Numbered from the stretch's first letter, positions 46,308 to 57,845 are shown. The stretch is DNA of 64,000 nt from a virus (IMGVR_UViG_3300028591_000161:1-64000); one strand, 5' to 3'. The notes: generated from the sequence alone by a model not told the origin. A program made the numbers and translations.

Positions 46308-47474
46308 TCAAATTTGTGTATTGAGTTCGATCAGCTTGCCATCAAGAACATCTTGTGCAAGCGCTTCTTCAACCGTGACTTGCTCACTGTTTGTCGTTGT
46401 ATATGTGAGCAGAGATTGATACAGTGTACCCGGTGTGATCCAGGTAATTGCGCCCTTGCGAATCTCTGTACTCTTCTTGTATTCGAGATTCATCGGGTAC
46501 AGCGTGTTCAACTTCATCTGCATTTCGGTGACGGTTGTCTCGAGTGCTTCGATACGCTGCAGCAGTGTTGCGATGATATGCTCGGTCGGATTGTACAGAG
46601 CTTTGTAGATTCCATACGCGTCGGTTGTCTTGATTGTATTGGACATGTATACGGTAAACGCAATACGGAGTCTCGTTGTAATATTCAGCTGAACCGCAAT
46701 GCTGTAATTGATATTCACGGATCCGATCATGATCTGTGAATCCTGCGCGGTTGATTGAACCGTGTCATGCTGAATAGCAATCTTCGTGTTGTTGTCGGTC
46801 CACTGGTAATATGGATTCAACGTTGCAGTTGCATGTGTCTTAGTATCAACAACACCGACATATGCTTCAATACGATCGATTGACAGAGAATAGATACCGG
46901 CATAATCCAGCTGCGGGATGTTCGTAACAGCAACATTCTTGAATGAGGTGATGAAGAAATCCTGAATGTCCGTGTAATGGAACAAATGATTCGGGCAGAT
47001 GGAATCAACATGATTCGAATATGCCAGGCCGCCGTTCTGATCACGCAGCGAATAATAAATGCGGAATGTCACGGAAGACTTCTGAATCGGGAGAACGTTC
47101 TCCAGTGTTTCAAATTGAGATGAAATCACGCTCTCGATGAATGCTTCCATTGAAGTATTCGTGATGATATCACCAGTCATATCGATTGCTGCGGTCAGAT
47201 TGATGCAGCTTGGATCGGTTGACTTCGAAATTTTTGTGTAAATATTTTCGGACACGCTGATCTTCGTACCATAGTTCGTCGTGGTATTATCCAGCAGATA
47301 TGGTACAGAATTGATGAGCATAAAAGCATTTTCTTGCATCGGACCTGAAATCGGATATTGTGCTGAATTCGGCTGATGCATCTGTGTGCAACAATCGCAT
47401 TGGTACAACGGTGCCTTCTTGAAGGGGAAGGCAGGGATCAGTACCGGGTTGCATCCACAACCAGTTGTGTTCAT
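46308..47474 (-). CDS. Putative virion structural protein
   Basis: 388-aa ORF with RBS AAGGAGG, a Cys-rich N-terminus and a C-terminal coiled coil. Confidence 0.6.
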   Translation of the reverse strand: MNTTGCGCNPVLIPAFPFKKAPLYQCDCCTQMHQPNSAQYPISGPMQENAFMLINSVPYLLDNTTTNYGTKISVSENIYTKISKSTDPSCINLTAAIDMTGDIITNTSMEAFIESVISSQFETLENVLPIQKSSVTFRIYYSLRDQNGGLAYSNHVDSICPNHLFHYTDIQDFFITSFKNVAVTNIPQLDYAGIYSLSIDRIEAYVGVVDTKTHATATLNPYYQWTDNNTKIAIQHDTVQSTAQDSQIMIGSVNINYSIAVQLNITTRLRIAFTVYMSNTIKTTDAYGIYKALYNPTEHIIATLLQRIEALETTVTEMQMKLNTLYPMNLEYKKSTEIRKGAITWITPGTLYQSLLTYTTTNSEQVTVEEALAQDVLDGKLIELNTQI

Positions 47475-47489
47475 AAAGGTTCCTCCTTG

Positions 47490-48770
47490 TTATTTGATTT
47501 TCAAAGTTTGTTTGATAATATAGATGATCAACGGCGTCCATAAGAATACCTGTTGCGACATCGAATTATCAAACAATTGATCACCCGTATAGAGTGATAA
47601 ATCCTGAATGGTTCTCAGTCGTCCATGAATATAATCATGAATCAATGAAATATAATCATGACGTGAGAGTTTGTATGCTCGAATACATGTTTCACGACAT
47701 TTGCAACAACAGCAATTGCATTCATCACATGTACGAATGTCATTCTCAGCCGCGAGAATTTCATATACAGGCATTGGAAAATACAGATCTTCTCCTGGAT
47801 TCAGACACCATTCATCACCGTAAATCATGATATCCACATCATCTCCGTATTTTGCAAAAGATGAATCTGGATAATTATCGGCTTTGACTGTACGATATTT
47901 GAATGTTGACAGATATCGAAGCGGTGCCTCTCGTTCAATCCATTTGTAAGGAGAACGTTGATAATGGAACAACATCTCGGGATTTCGAATTTTGTTCTCA
48001 TTCAACACAATGTTGCGATGACCATTGTCGCGAATCACAGTTCCTTGTCGAGCCATGAACATGTTTCCACACAGATCAAACAGCGTTCTGCCATTCAAAT
48101 GCAATAGGAAACAATTATGCTTATGATCGTAGAAATTCGCAATGTAATTTTCGACCATGTCATCGATCATTTTGATCAATCTCGACCGCAATTCGTAATC
48201 TTCTTTTCCGATAACCGGAGTCAGGTCTTCACCACCGATTGTCTGCAAATCTGTGACATATTCTCCGATAACTTGTTTCTCCAACGCTTGGAGATCTCTT
48301 GGTTCGGTTGAATACAAACTGTACGTAATGCGATACGAACCGTCTGTATTCAATCCATCCTGAATGACTTCTGTAATACGAATCAGATGCGTCATCCGCA
48401 AATGTTCAACAACCATGAAGTCATTTTCTTTCGGCATAACAGTTCCTGGAATGATGAAACCATCGCCATTCAGTTTATAATCCCGAACGTTGGTTGATCC
48501 AGCATTGCCGTTTTCAGGATTCAGCGGTGAAAATCCCAATATCGGGAAATGCCGAATTTTATTATATCGGAACGGTGAATCAGTTCCAAGGATCTGATAA
48601 GCCGCATTCAATCCAACAGAATCGGTTGTGTTCCGCTCATCAATGCTGTAATATGTAACAAGCGTACGTCCCTGTCCTGTATATTTGTTGGTGCGAGAAT
48701 GCATGAATTTGTCATATTTGTATATTTGCTGATCAATCAATGCGTGCTCATCATAAATAAGCTGATTCAT
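47490..48770 (-). CDS. Putative virion structural (neck/tail-completion-like) protein
   Basis: The true start is ATG 48770 after AAAGTAGGTG. It heads a late-type operon; the specific function is not resolvable by eye. Confidence 0.55.
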   Translation of the reverse strand: MNQLIYDEHALIDQQIYKYDKFMHSRTNKYTGQGRTLVTYYSIDERNTTDSVGLNAAYQILGTDSPFRYNKIRHFPILGFSPLNPENGNAGSTNVRDYKLNGDGFIIPGTVMPKENDFMVVEHLRMTHLIRITEVIQDGLNTDGSYRITYSLYSTEPRDLQALEKQVIGEYVTDLQTIGGEDLTPVIGKEDYELRSRLIKMIDDMVENYIANFYDHKHNCFLLHLNGRTLFDLCGNMFMARQGTVIRDNGHRNIVLNENKIRNPEMLFHYQRSPYKWIEREAPLRYLSTFKYRTVKADNYPDSSFAKYGDDVDIMIYGDEWCLNPGEDLYFPMPVYEILAAENDIRTCDECNCCCCKCRETCIRAYKLSRHDYISLIHDYIHGRLRTIQDLSLYTGDQLFDNSMSQQVFLWTPLIIYIIKQTLKIK

Positions 48771-48814
48771 ACCATCACCTACTTTCTGTATAGAATAAAA
48801 CGTAATAGGCACGT

Positions 48815-48828
48815 TTACAATGCGGTTT
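48815..48828 (-). promoter_or_regulatory. Late-type promoter motif AAACC-N6-TAA
   Basis: AAACC GCATTG TAA lies upstream of the 47490..48770 operon. Confidence 0.45.
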
Positions 48829-48851
48829 AATGAAAATATTTTATTTCTGAA

Positions 48852-48864
48852 CACATATATTATT
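48852..48864 (+). promoter_or_regulatory. Early-type promoter motif CACATATATTATT
   Basis: TATATTAT core upstream of 48919. Confidence 0.5.
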
Positions 48865-48918
48865 CGGGTGCACGGATACAAAATATTCTTCATACCGTGC
48901 AGAAAGGATTGATTTATT

Positions 48919-49527
48919 ATGGTACGAGTTAAGATTAATGCAAATGCACAGTCAGATGTCACTGATATGCGAGCAAAGGGATGGCATATCCTTGTATTCA
49001 GGGGACAGACTCCCGATGCGGACTTCGTAACAGCTGAAAAGAAAGATGTTCGGTTCGTCATGAGAGTCGTTAACAATGACAATACAAAATGTGTCGAGAT
49101 CACAAAATATCTCGACGGATATGTCAAAGACGTTAAGAAATTCTATGAGAACGGCTGCTATTTGAATGGCACATTGTGTATTTCGGAAGGGAAGGATACT
49201 GACCAAACGTACGCATTTTTCAGAAATGAGAAACTGCAGGAAATCATTGACGAATTCGGTCTTCGCCGAATTGTATTTCCACGTGAAGACGGCAATACAT
49301 TCTCGAAGATTGTATGGACAAAAGAAGACAAACAATCGCATGGCGTACCAACTCCGATGTTTCATACCGATGGTTCATATGAGGACCAGGGTGTCGAGAA
49401 TGATACACGCAAATGGCTTGTATCGGGTGCGTCATATATCTATGAATACGTCAGTGGTACACTGACAATCCCACAGCAGTATGATACTGAAAAAATCCGT
49501 GAGATTCTGACCAGTCTGACGGAATGA
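48919..49527 (+). CDS. Hypothetical protein (early-type cassette)
   Basis: 202-aa ORF with RBS AAAGGA and an upstream CATATATTATT motif. Confidence 0.7.
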   Translation: MVRVKINANAQSDVTDMRAKGWHILVFRGQTPDADFVTAEKKDVRFVMRVVNNDNTKCVEITKYLDGYVKDVKKFYENGCYLNGTLCISEGKDTDQTYAFFRNEKLQEIIDEFGLRRIVFPREDGNTFSKIVWTKEDKQSHGVPTPMFHTDGSYEDQGVENDTRKWLVSGASYIYEYVSGTLTIPQQYDTEKIREILTSLTE

Positions 49528-49543
49528 TCAAAGGAGGATTGGA

Positions 49544-50737
49544 ATGGCAATCCAATATAATTATCCCATCGAACAATTGGATGAATTAATCCAAGACATA
49601 TATGAACGTGGGATAACTCCCATGATGACACCTGACCTCAAAGCAGAAGTCGAGCTTCGTTATCAAGAGCTGATTCATGGTGGAGATGACGATGATGATT
49701 TCTATGACGATGAAGATGAAGATGAAAATGAAGCCAACGCATTCAGGATTGCAAAACGAAAGCATGAAGAAGCGATGGCGAAAATCGAACAGGAACGTCG
49801 AAAATCACATTCTCGAAATGTCATAATTCTGGATTTGACAGATGAAGAACAACAGGAGCTCCATGAATCGATGGAATCCTCTTATGTCAGATCGGATCCG
49901 AATTCTATCTATAATATGTCTGATGATGATATCGCCGGTGATGCAGAACGCAGAAGAATCTACAAACAGCTGCAAGGACTGGGTAAAGTATATTATCATC
50001 AGGAAGATTATCGGAATGCGATCAATATCATTCGGGAAGCAATCGATTATTCGTTGCGGAATGATTATCCGTGGATGACATATGAAGAAGCCTGTCGTGA
50101 ATTTGCAGCAGGAAAGATTCGATATACATTTGCAGAGCTTCCAATTCTGTATATCGATTATAATACACAAATCACTGATCCGAAGATTCTTGCAGGTATT
50201 GTATCTGGAGAAATCAATCTCATCGATAAGGATTCTGTACCGGTCAAGAAGAAGAAAGTTAAAGCAAAACCTGTTTCGATGCCGTATGATGTTATTGGTC
50301 CAGAACAGCATGCTGAAATGGCGAGAATGCATCAGGCAGGTTTCAATACTGATATCTCCACGATTCTCAAATCACGGTCTACGATTTACAATCGTTATGT
50401 GATTCCACAATCACTTTTCCAAGAGCAGCAGCAAAAATCTGAAATGGGACCGCCGATTGACTGGTCACTGCCCGGTACAGGTGAATCGTATTTCAATCAG
50501 GTGTACGGAAAGAAGACCAATCCGCTGAATGAAATCGTTTCGTTGTTGAATACAGAGAATGATGGAAAGCTGAATCATTCTATCGGTCATCAGTTAAAGA
50601 TGTTCACCGACTCATGGAAACCTGAAACAGTCACGGGATATTCTGTGTTATCAACATCACTGGAACAAGACAAACAAGCGGTTGAAATCGAGAAGAAGCT
50701 GATGGATCAGATCCGAATGACCAATCCAAATCTATGA
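49544..50737 (+). CDS. Acidic hypothetical protein
   Basis: 397-aa ORF with RBS AAGGAGG and a D/E tract. Confidence 0.7.
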   Translation: MAIQYNYPIEQLDELIQDIYERGITPMMTPDLKAEVELRYQELIHGGDDDDDFYDDEDEDENEANAFRIAKRKHEEAMAKIEQERRKSHSRNVIILDLTDEEQQELHESMESSYVRSDPNSIYNMSDDDIAGDAERRRIYKQLQGLGKVYYHQEDYRNAINIIREAIDYSLRNDYPWMTYEEACREFAAGKIRYTFAELPILYIDYNTQITDPKILAGIVSGEINLIDKDSVPVKKKKVKAKPVSMPYDVIGPEQHAEMARMHQAGFNTDISTILKSRSTIYNRYVIPQSLFQEQQQKSEMGPPIDWSLPGTGESYFNQVYGKKTNPLNEIVSLLNTENDGKLNHSIGHQLKMFTDSWKPETVTGYSVLSTSLEQDKQAVEIEKKLMDQIRMTNPNL

Positions 50738-50811
50738 CAAAACAGTAAATCATGACCTATACCGTTCCCGTGTATATGGTTCATGACAACTTCTCCTTCT
50801 CGAAAGGATAT

Positions 50812-50850
50812 TGGCGGGGCGAAAGCCCCGCCACATCCTTTATTTTTTTA
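50812..50850. terminator. Intrinsic terminator between convergent genes
   Basis: TGGCGGGGC-GAAA-GCCCCGCCA followed by a T tract. Confidence 0.8.
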
Positions 50851-53800
50851 TTCGATTTTGATTGCTGTTGTGTTCGGAATCGTGGAATGCAACCAGTTTC
50901 CAGCAAATCGTTCATGAATCAGTACATGTGTTCCAGGTCTGATCATCGGGATGATTTGTTGTGTTTTGTCAGTCTCATCAATCTTTCCATATTTGGATGT
51001 AGAGATGTACAATGTGAAGCAATCATCAGACAAACCTGTTGCGTATACTTCATAACCATCTGCCACTTTCTCAACATGAAGTGATTGCGCTTCACCGACG
51101 GTGTCAATATATGCGGACATGTGTTTGAATGGTGTCACACCATCAAGACCTTCACGTTTCCATACTTTGTCAAATGTATGGAGAATTTCCCGATTTGGAA
51201 TTTCTTGGAATCCAATATCCGATGTGCGAAGATTGAATATCGACACACCATTGATTGTCGGGATGTTGTGAAGCTCCAAATAAGATGTAACTTCAGGCTG
51301 TACGATATAATTCATGATGTCCGTCTCATAATCATGATTGTGTGCATCACGAATCTTCTCGTACAGATATGTGTCAAAGTCAGAATGTGTATCCTGATTG
51401 AACATGAATGTCACAGATTGATCCACAATATCAGCACGTTTCCGGAGAATCTCCAGATAAGAGGAATATGTATTGCCATCAAAGTCGATGTATGTTGGTC
51501 CCAACCGGTTGATCATATTTGGCATGATATCATCCACCAGTTCAATCACATCCAGATTCTTCAATGATGTCATATTCCGAAGTTGGAATGTGGTTGGTGA
51601 CAGAATGATGATTTGATCCGGATTCGATACGTATCGTCCATTCACCCAGAACTCATAACGATCACGAGATAACGGTGTTGGAATCAATCCGGTAAGATCA
51701 ATCACACCGTTAGATGGAATCTTCTGAGTTGCATATCGACAGATGCCGATAAAGTTTGAACGAATTGACTCGACGTCTGTATTTGATACCAGATCGGGAA
51801 CGAAACGGTTTTGTGGTTTGTTTGTCAGCACGTTACCGACCGGATATCTGATGTCATGTGCTTTGTCGTAATAGTATACGTACATATCGTCATGTCCAGA
51901 GTTATCCGTCTCAACAGTATGTGATGTATCGCGTGCATAGTGATTGCTTAACGTGATATATGTTGACCCATCCAGAATGACATCCTGATGTGGTAACAAC
52001 GCAACACGTTTTGGAATCAGTTTATATGCAATATCCGGTGTTGCTGGGAGAAGAATCCATGGACCAACATCAGGTGTGGATATACGTTCAGATGATACTG
52101 AAACGCGATACACGCCGCCAATCATGGGATGTGATCTGTTTGGAATAATTGTACAGGTGTATTCCCGATTTTGATAATCTGGCATAACCGCATTTTGAAT
52201 TACGATGCCATCATCCGTTGTGATGCCGGTGAACATGACGCTTGATGCACTCTTTCCGAATGTTACATAGTCATTGTCATCCACAGCAATCAATGTAACA
52301 GTATGGCCAACTTCGTAATTGTCAACAGCATGGATCGAAGAAACAGCATATGAAACATTGAGATGATTCTGTTCCATAGAGTTATATTCCAAAGGATCTT
52401 CGATATAGATATCAAAATCTCCATAGGTATATTCTGTGGCGCTGGTATGCACAATCAAATCTCCGAATCGGATTGGAGAACCTGTCGTATATCGTCCAGA
52501 ACGGTTTGGACGTTCAAATACGAAACCATTGACCGAACCAAACGATTCTGGCAATGGTTGCAAGTTGCCGGTTCGATATGTTTCATTCTCATCGTAGTGT
52601 TTTCTGATACGAATGTTCTCATACATGTTCTTCTCGTCATTGATGTCTGCTTTGTACACCGTCAGAACAGGTTGGAATCGAACAACACATCCCATATCGT
52701 TCAATGGAATATTGTCGAATACATCCGATGTTTCATATGCAAAGTAAATCAGAATCCGTTTCGACTTGAATGACGCATCGGCAAATGTAATACACATCGT
52801 TGTCAGAACATTGTCCGTGTTGGAACTGCATACTGGATCAATTGAGATGTCATCTTCCATCAATGTCTCAACAGAGTACATGATTGGATTAATCCATTCC
52901 TTTGCATCCCAATCATACAGCAGTACTTGCAATTGATCGGAATATGGAATATCTTGTACATGTGGAATGAATGTCTTTGCAAGTTTTGCACGACCATTGT
53001 TGATATACACCAATGCATCGTCATATGCTCTGACATTATACCAGGTTGTCGGAGTTTCCAATTGCTTCAAATATTCATCCATTCTGTTCGTGTAATCTTG
53101 CCAATACTTCAGTTTCAGCTCTTTGTCTTCAATCTTCAAACGAATCTCTTGACGGCGCTCTTCGGTTGACGCATATGAAAGTTGTCTATACAACGATACA
53201 ATCTGCATCGAGAATTGATTTGCCGCCATGACACCCTTTGAAGCTTCTCGTAAAAAGACTTCACGTTCTTCATTCCAAACGATATGATCATCCGGTTCTG
53301 AACGAAGAATCTCATACAACTCTGGCAATGTAAATGGATTGAAATTGTGATTGATCATGTTTACATAGATTTCTCGATCTTCCGTTACAACCTCACCGGA
53401 TCCGATGTACACGAAATGATGACGAACATCTGTATCAACATGGAACCGATTCGGAATTTCATCATGGAACATCCAAGCCAATCGTGTATACACGTATTCA
53501 GAATTCGATTGTACATAAAGTGGGTCGCCGGGAAGTTCGACCATTGTACCATCTTTTTTCTTACGAAGTTCCGGAATCATATACACCGATCCGTCATATT
53601 CGGAAAACTCGTCCAAGAAGTTGCGGATGTTGTCATCCACGACGGTACAATTGATGTCGGTCGTCAGGTATTTATGCATGACTTCCGGATCATTTGTTTC
53701 AAACCATTTTGTATGCTGCAGGTCGACTTTTGCCTCAATAAAACCACGTTCCAACGAATGGTCTATTGCCGTGATTACGATTGGGAATAATGACAGACCG

Positions 53801-56800
53801 TCATCAGTCACAACGTAAACTGTCTGACCTTCGAAGTATTTACCGCCAATGGATGTAATTATGCCACCAGTGGGTTCGATATGATATACATCACACGCAC
53901 GGAAATGCATCGTTTGTGTTGGACGATTACTTTCGTCAACAACCGCAAGACGATTCATCTGTTCACATGACAGATACATCTTATCGATTGGACCTTGGAG
54001 TTCGAAGATGTATGGTGAGCAATATTCGGATGTATGCTCGAGTGGTGTGAAATGATTTCCACACAACAACTCATAATGCAACTCGGCATGACGTTCCTGA
54101 ATAATATCCGATCCGTCTACATCAAATGTCTCATGAACGTTCATCGTTTCGATCGGAACAGACTGACTGTTCAGATACCGACGTGAATCATATTTAACAT
54201 CGGACGATAAGCCGATTTTCGTGAATGATACATTCACATCGTTGAATATATGAATCTGGTTACCATTTGCATCATACAATACGATTGTCACTGTTGTATC
54301 TTCACCAGACACGAAAGCATTCTCACAGGTTGGAATGATCTCTGTGATATAACTTACACCTGATGATCTATCACATTTGACTTGTGCCAACATCGCATAG
54401 ATTTTATCCGAAACCGGATGAATATCCCATGCAACATGTGGATCGTCAGATGATATCTGGATTTCAGCATATGCCGGTACGCCGTTTACCTGCTGGACAA
54501 ATGGAATCTTATTCATGACATAGAAATCAAAAATGTAATTCTGAATAACATCGTCACAGAATGCAACCAATGTGTCGATATACGATGTCTGAACATTACG
54601 CAAGAAATCGTCAATCACTGGTTGGATTGAATCAATCCGAGTATTCGCAATCAAAACGGATGCTTTGAAATTCCGAATCGCATTACTAAGCTCGATACTT
54701 CCGTATGGTTTGTTCGGATTGTCAGTCAGATATGCATTCAGATTGTCAACAGTTTCCATATCGATGTCAGCCAACCATTGTTTGTATTCATAAAGACCCA
54801 TTGTTGTTTGAATCTGTTTCAGATGGATGTACAGCTCTCGCACATTTCGAATTGCAAACCGATCAAATCCAGACCATTCATGGATTTTACGAAGCATCAT
54901 CAGTAAACGTTGTGTATTCGTAAAGATATTTGACTCGGTTCCTTGGGATGTAATGGTACCTTTGACAAATGGCAGCATTGATTCCAATTCAGTCAATTTG
55001 AAATAGACTGGGTTTGATGTGTGTACACTCATGAACTGTTCGACCACATTTGCCGCACCAGCAGAATGGAATTGCAGATCAGAACCACGTGTTGCAATAT
55101 AATGTTGGATATCACGGGTTCGTTTTTCGATCATGTTCTTCATAGACGTAATGATCGGTTGACAATTCCAGCAACTCTTGTAGTTGGTTGTCAATTCACT
55201 AATCCCATCATATACTTCTGCCAAGAAGATGGATACCAGCGAAGCAAGTTGCGCGTCATCATAGTACGTTGTGATTGGATGCTCACCCATGCACCCAGAA
55301 ATGTTAGAATACTGAATGTAGTGTTCTGTATCAACACCCTCGGATGTCAGCATATAGAATGGAGACATTGATCGATATGTATTGAACACGAACGGATACC
55401 GAACGATGTTACCAGACGGATCAATCGCAGTATATGTCGATGGATTCAGAGGGAACTGTAAACCATTAAAGATTTTCAGATCCGTTGTATCTGGTAAGGA
55501 AGCGTAAGATACATCAGGAGACAATGTTGTTGTTGGTGAATATGATATGACAGAATAATTGATATCTTCTTCTTTCAGATCAATATCAATATCAGACAGC
55601 TTCAGATCAGCATATCGAGGATAGAATTCCTTTCTCGTGATCGCATTCAGCAAGAATGATTGCATCCGATTCTGATTGCCATAATACAATGACAATGTAT
55701 AGAAAAGGAAATTGATTGTGAATGGAGCACGTATAGAAGTTTCGGTATACCCATCGATATTGTCGGAAGTCACATTCGACAACTCGTAATTTACATCCGA
55801 AGCATATTCAAGGAAGATATCTCCGTCAAGCTTGTGTTTCATGATTTTTGTGATGATTGCAAGCTCTGAAATCTGATCACGTGTGCGGTAGAACATGTGA
55901 CACAACTTCATCAACCGGTTGGATACGTCCCAGTATCGGATATAACCCATGTGCTTCTCGACTTCTTTTGAGAACAGATCGAAATCGAGCAGCTGTTCAT
56001 CCGTCATTTCTGACATAACTGGTTCAGAAGGATTCTCGGTATCTGTGTACAGATATAAGAATTTGAATAGTTCATCACCATTCAATTCCGTATCAATGTA
56101 GAACATGTTGTCAATACCATGGAAATGTTTGATATTCGGGAGATCAAACACCCAACAACCATAACCTTCGTTGGTGTTGTACCGAAGTGGAATGAAACAT
56201 TGTTCAGACACCGGACGATTCACACATACTGGCATTGCTGGGAAGAAGTCTGGATATGTCACCTGACCGAATGTAGAAAACGGAGGTTTATTCAACGGCT
56301 CGCAGATCTTCTTCATGAGCAGTTCATAGTTATCACCATACAACAGCTCGAATGAATGTTCCTGAATGGATTCATAGGTCGGTTGACAAAACGCGAGTGT
56401 ATTGAAACGTTCGATTTCATTTTCAAATGTTGAAATCAGATCTAACGGTATCAACGCAGTCATCATTGCTCCGGCAGTATAATGTGTATATGCCATATAG
56501 AGCGTATTGAAGATACTCCGGGACAAATCCAGCACATTTGTCTGATACCAGTCTTGTACAGATTGTCCTTCCTTGAGCGGTGGATTTTTTGTGTTTACAT
56601 TATTTCCGAGAGCACGAATTGCGAGTCTGACTGACTCCATATCAGATTTCACTTTGTAGCAGCTCGTAATCACAGTATGACGGTTGTCATCTTGAGATAC
56701 ATGGGACAACGAAATCGGAGGTGTACAGATAGGAAGTTTCTCATCAATCTGTTGATTCTGTAAAGCGATTCGTTTTCCCTCATTACTCGCAACACGTCCA

Positions 56801-57825
56801 TAGTCTTCCGTGTATGCATATTTACCCGACATCATGTCGTAGTAATTTACAGCAGGGAAAATACCAGGGACTTCACGAAGATATTTCAGAATGTAGATAC
56901 GAATCTTTGCAGTTGTCGACTTGTAATTTGTGAAATCCTGATATGTTTTGGCTTGCAGATTCGGGCATCTCAAACCAGTTTCTGTGAAATATCCGAAGTT
57001 CGGAGCAATCACAACAGACTTCCGAACAACGGTATCCATTATCTGGAGAATCGCATTTTTACCAATCACATACTCAGGATTCAAGCCGAGCTCTTCATAC
57101 GAGATCTCACGGTCTGAACGGATTTTGTTTGTATCGATGTCAACATCATACACGAAGGACTCATCGAGTTTCATGATCATAAACTCAACATCAGCAGAAT
57201 ATCTCCAACCAATCTTGAATCGAAAACCCTGTTCAGAGATGCCGACATACCAATCATCGGACATAAATCCATTTGTGCAACAGATAATTGTGAATCCGAG
57301 AATCTTGGAGATCTCGTCTGACAAGAACCTGTCTGCAGGCATGAAGTATTGACTTTCCGTTTCATAGAAAGCATGCAACTTTTGACGGACAAATTCATCT
57401 CTTTCGCCAAAGTGCATCTGTGCAAATGGGACATCGATGATGTAATAATGATCATATTTGTCATGAGATACATGACGTTTATCATTATATTTGTACTTGG
57501 CAATGACTGCATGGGTATTCACCATCATATTACCCATAGCATTCTGCAAAGTAGCACGATATGTTTCAATCAATGATTGGTCAATATCTTCAAAGGTATA
57601 ATTCGATTTTGTCATCAGATCGAAATATTGCTGATACCCTGTGTAGTTGCCGATGACATTATACGGTTGCTCATCCAGCAATGTAGAGAACGTCTCGGTC
57701 AGCTGTGTATACCGATCATTGATCGTCTTCCATTTTGTATCATTGAATGTCCTGGTCCCATTTCGGATACCTGTCAGGTATCTATGGTATTTATTGAACC
57801 AGGCTTTATAGTTCATAATACTCAT
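50848..57825 (-). CDS. Giant (~2325 aa) virion structural protein, probably baseplate/tail
   Basis: Single long ORF with start ATG 57825 after AAAGGAG, its own late-type promoter and terminator, and an aromatic beta-rich composition. Confidence 0.6.
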   Translation of the reverse strand: MSIMNYKAWFNKYHRYLTGIRNGTRTFNDTKWKTINDRYTQLTETFSTLLDEQPYNVIGNYTGYQQYFDLMTKSNYTFEDIDQSLIETYRATLQNAMGNMMVNTHAVIAKYKYNDKRHVSHDKYDHYYIIDVPFAQMHFGERDEFVRQKLHAFYETESQYFMPADRFLSDEISKILGFTIICCTNGFMSDDWYVGISEQGFRFKIGWRYSADVEFMIMKLDESFVYDVDIDTNKIRSDREISYEELGLNPEYVIGKNAILQIMDTVVRKSVVIAPNFGYFTETGLRCPNLQAKTYQDFTNYKSTTAKIRIYILKYLREVPGIFPAVNYYDMMSGKYAYTEDYGRVASNEGKRIALQNQQIDEKLPICTPPISLSHVSQDDNRHTVITSCYKVKSDMESVRLAIRALGNNVNTKNPPLKEGQSVQDWYQTNVLDLSRSIFNTLYMAYTHYTAGAMMTALIPLDLISTFENEIERFNTLAFCQPTYESIQEHSFELLYGDNYELLMKKICEPLNKPPFSTFGQVTYPDFFPAMPVCVNRPVSEQCFIPLRYNTNEGYGCWVFDLPNIKHFHGIDNMFYIDTELNGDELFKFLYLYTDTENPSEPVMSEMTDEQLLDFDLFSKEVEKHMGYIRYWDVSNRLMKLCHMFYRTRDQISELAIITKIMKHKLDGDIFLEYASDVNYELSNVTSDNIDGYTETSIRAPFTINFLFYTLSLYYGNQNRMQSFLLNAITRKEFYPRYADLKLSDIDIDLKEEDINYSVISYSPTTTLSPDVSYASLPDTTDLKIFNGLQFPLNPSTYTAIDPSGNIVRYPFVFNTYRSMSPFYMLTSEGVDTEHYIQYSNISGCMGEHPITTYYDDAQLASLVSIFLAEVYDGISELTTNYKSCWNCQPIITSMKNMIEKRTRDIQHYIATRGSDLQFHSAGAANVVEQFMSVHTSNPVYFKLTELESMLPFVKGTITSQGTESNIFTNTQRLLMMLRKIHEWSGFDRFAIRNVRELYIHLKQIQTTMGLYEYKQWLADIDMETVDNLNAYLTDNPNKPYGSIELSNAIRNFKASVLIANTRIDSIQPVIDDFLRNVQTSYIDTLVAFCDDVIQNYIFDFYVMNKIPFVQQVNGVPAYAEIQISSDDPHVAWDIHPVSDKIYAMLAQVKCDRSSGVSYITEIIPTCENAFVSGEDTTVTIVLYDANGNQIHIFNDVNVSFTKIGLSSDVKYDSRRYLNSQSVPIETMNVHETFDVDGSDIIQERHAELHYELLCGNHFTPLEHTSEYCSPYIFELQGPIDKMYLSCEQMNRLAVVDESNRPTQTMHFRACDVYHIEPTGGIITSIGGKYFEGQTVYVVTDDGLSLFPIVITAIDHSLERGFIEAKVDLQHTKWFETNDPEVMHKYLTTDINCTVVDDNIRNFLDEFSEYDGSVYMIPELRKKKDGTMVELPGDPLYVQSNSEYVYTRLAWMFHDEIPNRFHVDTDVRHHFVYIGSGEVVTEDREIYVNMINHNFNPFTLPELYEILRSEPDDHIVWNEEREVFLREASKGVMAANQFSMQIVSLYRQLSYASTEERRQEIRLKIEDKELKLKYWQDYTNRMDEYLKQLETPTTWYNVRAYDDALVYINNGRAKLAKTFIPHVQDIPYSDQLQVLLYDWDAKEWINPIMYSVETLMEDDISIDPVCSSNTDNVLTTMCITFADASFKSKRILIYFAYETSDVFDNIPLNDMGCVVRFQPVLTVYKADINDEKNMYENIRIRKHYDENETYRTGNLQPLPESFGSVNGFVFERPNRSGRYTTGSPIRFGDLIVHTSATEYTYGDFDIYIEDPLEYNSMEQNHLNVSYAVSSIHAVDNYEVGHTVTLIAVDDNDYVTFGKSASSVMFTGITTDDGIVIQNAVMPDYQNREYTCTIIPNRSHPMIGGVYRVSVSSERISTPDVGPWILLPATPDIAYKLIPKRVALLPHQDVILDGSTYITLSNHYARDTSHTVETDNSGHDDMYVYYYDKAHDIRYPVGNVLTNKPQNRFVPDLVSNTDVESIRSNFIGICRYATQKIPSNGVIDLTGLIPTPLSRDRYEFWVNGRYVSNPDQIIILSPTTFQLRNMTSLKNLDVIELVDDIMPNMINRLGPTYIDFDGNTYSSYLEILRKRADIVDQSVTFMFNQDTHSDFDTYLYEKIRDAHNHDYETDIMNYIVQPEVTSYLELHNIPTINGVSIFNLRTSDIGFQEIPNREILHTFDKVWKREGLDGVTPFKHMSAYIDTVGEAQSLHVEKVADGYEVYATGLSDDCFTLYISTSKYGKIDETDKTQQIIPMIRPGTHVLIHERFAGNWLHSTIPNTTAIKIE

Positions 57826-57845
57826 GAAGGATGCTCCTTTCATTT

